Below, in pieces: positions 25,892 to 32,809 of a stretch of DNA of 32,809 bases; position 1 is the stretch's first letter; each line of letters opens with the position of its first letter. This stretch comes from Methyloceanibacter sp. (GTDB lineage: Bacteria > Pseudomonadota > Alphaproteobacteria > Rhizobiales > Methyloligellaceae). The DNA lies in contig JARRPE010000009.1 of assembly GCA_037383205.1 (NCBI GenBank), positions 1 through 32,809 of the forward strand, in the 5' to 3' direction. The notes beneath the pieces are model-generated. The model was not told the DNA's origin. It saw only the letters and a program-made list of their open reading frames with translations, and did not search any database. Both the position numbers and the translations under genes were made by a program.

Positions 25892-27832
25892 GTGACGCCG
25901 CCTGCTTCAGCCATAACCACCCGCGCTCTCCAACTCCTCGAGGCTGCCCGCGCACGCGCCGGCGCGCCGGACCCTGTGCCCGGCCGGGTCTTCGTCGTCG
26001 ATGTCGAAAGGCAGACAGCCGCACGGATCGAGAACGGGACGGCGGTCGCTTCGTGGCCCGTGTCTACTGCCCGGAACGGGATTGGCGGCGAAGAAAACTC
26101 CTATAAGACGCCGCCGGGCTGGCACCGCATCGACCGGAAGATCGGCGCCGGTGAAGCTGCCGGCACGGTGTTCTTGTCCCGGGAGCCGACCGGCGAGGTC
26201 TGGGGCGGAGAGGCCTGCGAGGCCGATCTTATTCTCACGCGGATCCTTACGCTTGAGGGTCTCGAGGAGGGCGTGAACCACGGGCCGGGCTGCGATTCGC
26301 GCGCGCGCTACATCTACATTCACGGTTCCAACCACGAGACCGAGATTGGGCGCCCCGCCTCGTGCGGCTGCGTTCGCATGAGCAACGCGGATGTCACCGC
26401 ACTGTTCGATGCGGCGCGGGAAGGCGATTTCGTTCTGATCGCTGTTTCCGAGACCCGCGCGATTCCGGACCTCTCGTCGGGACGCTTTCACTATGCGGGC
26501 CTTGGCGGCTCCGGCATGAGCGGCATCGCGCAATTCCAGGCGATGACGGGCGGCCGGGTCAGCGGCAGCGACCGCGCCTTCGATCATGGCGAGCGCGCTT
26601 CCGTCCGTGCTCAATTCGAAGCCTTGGGCATTGGGGTGTTCGCGCAGGACGGCAGCGGCATCGGCGAGGACTGCGCCGCGCTGGTGGTGTCCACGGCGGT
26701 GGAGGAGACCGTTCCCGATTTCGCCACGGCGAAAAGGCGCGGCGTCCCGGTCGTGCACCGGTCGGAGATGCTGGCTCATTTCGTGGGCGCGTACCGGTCC
26801 ATCGCCGTGACGGGTACGAGCGGGAAGTCGACCGTGACCGGGATGACCTTCGAGATCCTTCGCGGGCTCGGCGCGGATCCGTCCGTGATCACCGGCGGCG
26901 ACCTCCCGGCTCTCCAAGCCGAAGGCCTGATCGGCAATGCCTTCGCGGGCGCCTCGGACCTCCTCGTCGTGGAAGCGGACGAAAGCGACGGCTCCCTCGT
27001 GCGCTACGCGCCGTCGATCGGCGTGATCCTCAATCTCCAGCGCGACCACAAGGAGATGGATGAAGTGGCGGCCATGTTCGCCACGCTGCGCGCGCGAACC
27101 CGCGAGACTCTCGTGGTCGGGGACGATGCAAATCTTGACCCCTTCGCTGGCGGCGCGATCCGTTTCGGGTTAGGCGAGCGCGCGGACGTTCGCGCCGTCA
27201 ATGTGGAACACAGCGCCGAGGGCGCGCGCTTCGAGGTAGAGGGCGTCGCGTTCGCCCTACCGGTTCCTGGGGTGCATAACGTGACGAACGCGCTGGCGGC
27301 CATCGCGGCCTGCCGTGCCGCGGGCTTACCGCTGGAGGGGATGTCCGCGCCGCTTGCAGGCTTCTCCGGCATCGGGCGGCGGTTCCAGACCATTGGCCGG
27401 GCCGGCGGCATCGAGGTCGTGGACGACTTCGCCCACAACGCGGAGAAGATCACCGCGGCGATCCGGACGGCGAAACTGCGCGGACGCCGCGTGCTCGCGA
27501 TCTACCAACCGCACGGCTACGGGCCGACGCGCTTCCTGTGGCAGGACTTCGTGCGCACATTCTCGACAGAGCTGTCGGGGGACGACCGACTGTTCATGCT
27601 TGAAGTCTTCTATGCGGGCGGCACCGCCACACGGGACTTCTCGGCCGCGGACATCGTCGCTGAGATCGTGGCCGCAGGGGCCAAGGCTTCGTTCGCGCCG
27701 TCGCGCGACTGGCTGATCGAAGCCATTGCAGACGAAGCGCGCGAGGGGGATGTCGTCCTCGTCATGGGCGCGCGAGACCCATCGCTGACCGCCTTCGCGC
27801 GCGACATCCTCGCTGCGATTGAGGGCACCTGA
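25892..27832 (+). CDS. Fusion protein: N-terminal YkuD (ElsL-like) domain plus MurC/Mpl-like Mur ligase
   Basis: N-terminal VSTARNG, KTPPG, ILTRIL, RYIYIHG...SCGCVRM; C-terminal GLGGSGMS, GTSGKST, EADESD, DDFAHN, YQPHG. Single continuous ORF; start uncertain. Confidence 0.88.
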   Translation: MTPPASAITTRALQLLEAARARAGAPDPVPGRVFVVDVERQTAARIENGTAVASWPVSTARNGIGGEENSYKTPPGWHRIDRKIGAGEAAGTVFLSREPTGEVWGGEACEADLILTRILTLEGLEEGVNHGPGCDSRARYIYIHGSNHETEIGRPASCGCVRMSNADVTALFDAAREGDFVLIAVSETRAIPDLSSGRFHYAGLGGSGMSGIAQFQAMTGGRVSGSDRAFDHGERASVRAQFEALGIGVFAQDGSGIGEDCAALVVSTAVEETVPDFATAKRRGVPVVHRSEMLAHFVGAYRSIAVTGTSGKSTVTGMTFEILRGLGADPSVITGGDLPALQAEGLIGNAFAGASDLLVVEADESDGSLVRYAPSIGVILNLQRDHKEMDEVAAMFATLRARTRETLVVGDDANLDPFAGGAIRFGLGERADVRAVNVEHSAEGARFEVEGVAFALPVPGVHNVTNALAAIAACRAAGLPLEGMSAPLAGFSGIGRRFQTIGRAGGIEVVDDFAHNAEKITAAIRTAKLRGRRVLAIYQPHGYGPTRFLWQDFVRTFSTELSGDDRLFMLEVFYAGGTATRDFSAADIVAEIVAAGAKASFAPSRDWLIEAIADEAREGDVVLVMGARDPSLTAFARDILAAIEGT

Positions 27833-27841
27833 CGTACGAAG

Positions 27842-30800
27842 CTAGTTGCCGAGAATTCCCGATAGGAAATCGTCGACGGCATTCGCACTGCGCCGCCGCT
27901 GTGGACGCTGATTCGAATATTGCGGCGACGGCGACGTCTCGGCGAATTCCGCGCTTGAGAACGGCACATTGAAGTGTGCCGGCTTCTTGAACATCTTCGC
28001 CGCCATGCGGTTGTCGATGCCGTACACGTCGCCGAACTCCCGGATCGATCCCTGGCTGTCCGCGACCGCCGTGTTGTAGGTCAGGTGGACCGGAATATTC
28101 CGGCTGAGCGCGATGACTTTCGTCTGCCCCTGAGCCCGGTCGAACACATTCTGGACGTTGCCCATGGTCCAACCCTTGTCTTCAGCGAGAAGAAAGGCGG
28201 CAAACCGCGTCGGCTGATTCACCCGGATGCAGCCATGGCTAAGCGTGCGGATCTGACGGCTGAACAGCTCTTTCTGCGTCGTATCGTGCATGTAGATGGC
28301 GTGCTTGTTCGGGAAGTTGAACTTGAACAGACCAAGCACGTTGTGGGGACCGGGATCCTGTTGGAAGGTGTAGGCGTGCACGTTCGCGCTCTGCCAGTCG
28401 ACCTGATCGGCGTCGACCGGCTTCCCGCCCTTGCTGACCGTCAAGCCGTAACGAGCCAGCATACGGTTCCGGGATTCCCGTCCGCCGAAGAGCCCGCCTG
28501 ACCGCTGCGGTCCTCTCAGTTTCGGCGCGATGTCTTCCTTGACGATCGTCGGCGGAACGGTCCAATTCGGATTGAAGACGATATTCCGCATCGGTGCGGA
28601 GAAGAACGGCGTGGCGTATTTCACCTGGCCCACGATCGTCTTCTCTTCATAAATGGACCGGCCGTCCTTCAGAACACGGAACTTGAACTCGGGAATGTTG
28701 TTCCAGACATGGAAGTTGCCGAGGTCGGACGGCAGCCAGCGCCAGCGTTCCATGTTGATCGCGATAAGCTGAACCGTGCGGTCGTTTTCGGGGTCGCGGC
28801 CGAGAGCCTTCGCCGAGTCCCGAGCGTGGATCAACGCCGTATGCAGACGCTGGTACTGCTCGCTCTGCGGATGGAGCGCGAGGAGGGTCTTGTCCGGCGT
28901 CGCGGACGCGGCGATTTCCGTCAGCACTTCCTTCGGATCACGCGCCTTCGGATCGTAGTCGAAAAGTTTGTGCGCACTCGACGGCGTGAGGCGCCCGGTC
29001 TGCGCATGGCGGGCATATTTGAGCACCGCCGCGGAGAGAGCGAGTTCCGCATCGGCCCGCGCTTCGTCGGTGGTCAGCGCGGTGTCCGACGCCGGCAGGG
29101 CATAGGCATCCGGGTCGAGGCCCCAGTCGCCGGCGTCGCTGATTGTCACGATCAAGGTCTTGGCCTCCGGCGTCAGACCATCCTCGGCAACCCAAAGCGG
29201 CTTGTCGTCACGCTCCTCGTAAATCGCCTGCAGCGCTTCCAGATCTGCGGCGGCCACCTTCGGGGGCGCCGAACCATCCAGTTTCGAGCGGACAGCCACG
29301 ATAACGGGATCGACAGGCGGCGGTGGCGGGGGCCCAAGGTCGACCGCCTCATCCTCGCCGTCGCTAGACGCCGAATCGCTGCCAGAAACGGGCGTCGAGC
29401 CGGGTTCCAGCGCGGCGATCTTGGCACCCTCGCCGTCCGGCTTGGAGCCCGGCGGGGGTGAGACGTTCAGGACGACCGTGTCGTCATAGGCGCGGGGATC
29501 GAACGGGCGGGGATCAAGGTCAATCTGATCGTCCGCCGGCACCCCGTCCGTCGCGCGTGCGACGTCTGTCACGTCCGCCGTTTCGACCGACGAGGCGACG
29601 CCTTCTTCTTCAGACGACGGAGAAATCGAGGCGGTCACATCGCTCTCGTTCGACGCGTCTTCATCCTGTGCGTCGGACGCAGTCTCGGCTAACCGCTGGG
29701 GCGTGTTCGCCGGGCTCGCCATGCGGGCGATCTCGGGCTTCGGCTCCGGGGCTGGCGGCAGTGACGCCGTCACGATTTCGCCTTCGGACGTTTCGTCCTT
29801 ATCGGCAGGCTCTTCGGTTTTCTCGGCAACGTCCTTGTTGTTCGTGTCCTTGCCGTCGGCGTCTGTGGCGCCGGTGCCGTCGGCGTCTGCCGCCTTGGCG
29901 TCTGCCGTCTTGGCGTCGGTGGCCTTCGTGTCCGCATCCTCCGCGTCCGCCTGTTCGGCGGCAGCGCCCTCAGAATCCGCGTCCTTGTTGCTTGCGGCGT
30001 TGGGCGCGGCATCGGCAGTCTTCGTTGGTTCATCGGTTTCGGCGGGTTCACGCTCCGCCGTCTCGTCCGCGGCGGCGGTCTCTTCCTCGGCCGCCTCTTC
30101 ATCCTTCGCGTCGGCGGCGTCGGTGACCGCGGTCTTAGCTTCGGCGGTCTTAGTATCAGCGGTCTTGGCCTCGGCGGCTTCGGCTTCGGCGACGTCCGTG
30201 CCGGAACCGTCATTATCGGCGGTCTGGTCGTCCGCAGCATCGGCATCGGCCGTCACCGGTGCGTCGGGCTTATCGGCATCTTGCTCGGTATCGGCCGCCG
30301 TCTCGCTCGTGGCGGCGTCATCATCGTCCACGTTCGAGCTGGTATCGGCCAGCTTGGTGTCTGCACCCTCGTCGTCCTCATCCCGCTTCGCGGTCTTGCT
30401 GTCGGGGGACTCGGTGTCGTCCGCCTTCGCGTCATCCGCAGCCGCCTCTGAGGTCTCATCCGCAGCCATCTGGGTGTCCGACGCCTTCTCCGGCTCGTCT
30501 GCGTCGGCGTCAGCCTCTTGGAAAGCGCTGTCGGTGTCCTGGAGCGTGGCCTCCGCCGCGGCCGTCTTGCCGTCGTCCGCAGAGTCCGTTTCGGCCTCGG
30601 CTTCAGCGGCCGCCTCAGGATCGGATTCGCTGTCGCCCGCATCGGACTCATCGGCAACCGCCGTGCCGTCCGCCTCGGGCGCCGTCTCGTCTGTGTCAGC
30701 CGTCTTGTCCGTGTCGGCTGCCTGTTCTGTGTCTGCCGCCACTTCTGTGTCGGCCGTCACGTCTGTGTCGGCGGTGCTGGCAGCGTCCTCGTCGGTGGCC

Positions 30801-31131
30801 TCGGTATTACTGAGACGCGCGTCGCAGCCGGCAGGGCCATCATCACGCTGGCTGCCGATGCGGTGCCGACGCTGAGCGCGGCGTCACTGTTCTTGGCGAC
30901 AGCCGGCGAGACGGTCTTGGCCGAGACGGCTGCAAAGGTCCGGTCGGGATTCCGCACCGGCTGAACGGGCGCGGGGCGGCGATATCGTCTGCGTTTGACG
31001 ACCTTCTTCCCGGTGAACAAGCCGGGCACGCGGAATTCAGCCGAGGCCGTTCCCGGGGCCGTCACGGTTCCTGCGCCCAGAGCCAAAAAGGCCAACGCAG
31101 TCAGCCCTATGATGGCGAAGCGTCCGCTCAT
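27842..31131 (-). pseudogene. YcbB/LdtD-like L,D-transpeptidase with a very long acidic N-terminal region; frameshift near 30760-30885 (pseudogene or sequencing error)
   Basis: Signal-peptide ORF 31131-30757 (RBS GAGGGA) and main ORF 30760-27842 are in different frames. Main ORF has NMERWRWLP, NIPEF, FNPNWTVP and catalytic IYMHDT...SHGCIRV. Confidence 0.8.
30683..30772 (-). repeat. Five 18-bp coding repeats encoding ADT[DE]xx
   Basis: ADTDVT ADTEVA ADTEQA ADTDKT ADTDET in the transpeptidase frame. Confidence 0.85.
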
Positions 31132-31587
31132 TCGTCGTCCCTCAAAGCCTCCGCGCCTCAACGCTCAATGTAATCGGCGCTTTCATGAATGTGCAGAGGA
31201 TCGCGCAAGAGCCTAAACATAATGGCAAAACAGGGCAGTTCCTGGGCCTTTTGAGGCGATGACCATTACAATAATGCCAGCTTCGCACCTTTCAGGCGTT
31301 TTCGTGCCGACGCGTTTGCCGCACCGACAGTGAAGCGAAGGAAACCAAGGCCTACTTGCACAAAAAATCGGCATCTGCGCGGATTTGACCCTGTCATCGC
31401 GGCGGGCTCGATTTGATCGCTACACCTATCGATGCAATAACTCCCCTTATCAAAGCAATTCGAAGTTCTTGAGGGCGCTCCTGTCGGAACGCGCGAGACC
31501 TCACGCCTCCGGCCCCATTCTTGCTTAAATCTTGGCATGGGTTGGCGCAGCCACCCGAAACCATCACCCCCAAAGAGGCATCAAAGC

Positions 31588-32809
31588 ATGTGCGGATTGT
31601 GCGGCGAGATCACATTCGACGGCTCGCCGGCATCGGTCGAGGCCATGGAAGCCATAACCTGCTCAATGGTCCCCCGCGGTCCGGATGCCGGCGGCATCGT
31701 CTCCCGCGGCGCGTTCGCCTTCGGCCATCGCCGGCTGAAGATCATCGATCTGTCGGAGCGCGGCCAGCAGCCGATGGTGGATTCGGATCTCGGCCTGACT
31801 CTCGTCTTCAACGGCTGCATCTACAACCACAAGGAGCTGCGCGCCGAGCTGGAGGCCAAGGGCTACCGGTTCTTCTCCACCAGCGACACCGAAGTCGTCC
31901 TGAAGGCATGGCATGCCTGGGGCCCCGAAGCGCCGACGCACTTCAACGGCATGTTCGCGTTCGTGGTCTATGAGCGCGACACCGGGCGCGTCGCCATGGG
32001 CCGCGACCGGCTTGGGATCAAACCTCTCTACTACACGCTCAACGACCGGCGCCTGCGCTTCGCGTCCACGCTGCCGGCGCTCGTGGCGGCAGGCGACGTC
32101 GACACCGCGCTCGATCCCGTCGGGCTTGCGCACTACATGACGTTCCACGCCGTCGTGCCGCCGCCGCACACGATCTTGCGCGGGGTCCGTAAATTGCCGC
32201 CCGCGACGCTTCGCCTGATCGAACCCGACGGCAGCTTCAAGGACACGAAGTATTGGGATCTTCGCTTCGACCGTTCGGCCGAGGATCTGGAGACCAGCGA
32301 CGCCGAATGGAAAGACCGCGTCGGCGCCGCGCTGCGGCGCGCGGTCGATCGGCGCATGATCGCGGACGTCCCCGTGGGCGTGCTGCTCTCCGGCGGCGTC
32401 GACTCCAGCCTGATCGTGGGTCTCCTGGCCGAAGCCGGCCAACAGCACCTGAAGACCTTCTCGATCGGCTTCGAGGCCGCACACGGCGAAGCGGGCGATG
32501 AGTTCAAGTATTCGGACATCATCGCCAAGCACTTCGGCACCGACCACACCAAGATCATGATCCCCACCGGCAACATGCTCGAAGCATTGCCGGATACGAT
32601 AGCGGCGATGTCGGAACCCATGGTGTCCTACGACAATGTGGGCTTCTACCTGCTCTCCCGTGAAGTCGCGAAGCATGTGAAGGTCGTGCAAAGCGGCCAG
32701 GGCGCGGACGAAGTTTTCGCCGGCTACCATTGGTATCCGAAGCTCGCGAGCTCCAATGACGTGCTGTCAGACTACAAGGCGTTGTTCTTCGACCGGGGCC
32801 GCGAGAAAC
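31588..32809 (+). CDS. N-acetylglutaminylglutamine amidotransferase (AsnB-like, NAGGN osmolyte synthesis); runs off window end
   Basis: Manual translation MCGLCGEITFDG...RGPD...GHRRLKIIDLSERGQQPM...FNGCIYN...SDTEV...LLSGGVDSS...SGQGADE; the MCGxCGE start and FNGCIYN fit the NAGGN subfamily better than ordinary AsnB. Confidence 0.85.
   Translation, partial: MCGLCGEITFDGSPASVEAMEAITCSMVPRGPDAGGIVSRGAFAFGHRRLKIIDLSERGQQPMVDSDLGLTLVFNGCIYNHKELRAELEAKGYRFFSTSDTEVVLKAWHAWGPEAPTHFNGMFAFVVYERDTGRVAMGRDRLGIKPLYYTLNDRRLRFASTLPALVAAGDVDTALDPVGLAHYMTFHAVVPPPHTILRGVRKLPPATLRLIEPDGSFKDTKYWDLRFDRSAEDLETSDAEWKDRVGAALRRAVDRRMIADVPVGVLLSGGVDSSLIVGLLAEAGQQHLKTFSIGFEAAHGEAGDEFKYSDIIAKHFGTDHTKIMIPTGNMLEALPDTIAAMSEPMVSYDNVGFYLLSREVAKHVKVVQSGQGADEVFAGYHWYPKLASSNDVLSDYKALFFDRGREK

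Noticed and set aside
30683-30772. CRISPR-like array
   Set aside because: 18-bp degenerate coding repeats with no spacers and no cas genes.
29703-30875. Ser/Ala-rich 390-aa plus-strand ORF
   Set aside because: Antisense mirror of the acidic repeat region of the transpeptidase.
31410-31550. FNR/FixK box or sigma54 promoter upstream of the amidotransferase
   Set aside because: TTGAT and ATCAA are ~30 bp apart rather than 4; TGGCAT...GC lacks the GG-N10-GC spacing.
31663-32730. 355-aa minus-strand ORF
   Set aside because: Antisense shadow of the plus-strand amidotransferase, which is missing from the ORF track because it runs off the window.

Overview
GC-rich alphaproteobacterial (Hyphomicrobiales-like, by inference) chromosomal window. 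From left to right it holds a partial yggT, tRNA-Ala(CGC), an SDR oxidoreductase, a stand-alone LigD polymerase domain, an extensin-like lipoprotein and a small unknown ORF. A ~21.5 kb cobalamin biosynthesis cluster (3885-25387) follows. It is an aerobic CobN/CobG-type pathway that carries cbiD, has no cobF in the window, and is driven by two back-to-back cobalamin riboswitches. The right end holds a small secreted protein, a YkuD/Mur-ligase fusion, a frameshifted large L,D-transpeptidase and the start of an NAGGN-type amidotransferase. Most notable: (1) a signal-peptide-less ElsL-like YkuD domain fused to a MurC/Mpl-like ligase, a candidate one-protein peptidoglycan-recycling enzyme; (2) an in-frame 102-bp tandem copy of the extensin gene's 3' end beyond its TAG, diverged almost only at synonymous sites; (3) four cob genes embedded antisense inside the two riboswitch-led gene runs, two sharing a CATG with the neighbouring start codon; (4) small lesions in cobL, cobG, cobN and the transpeptidase that may be decay or assembly error. 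Gene calls rest on motif recognition by eye; no database searches were run.
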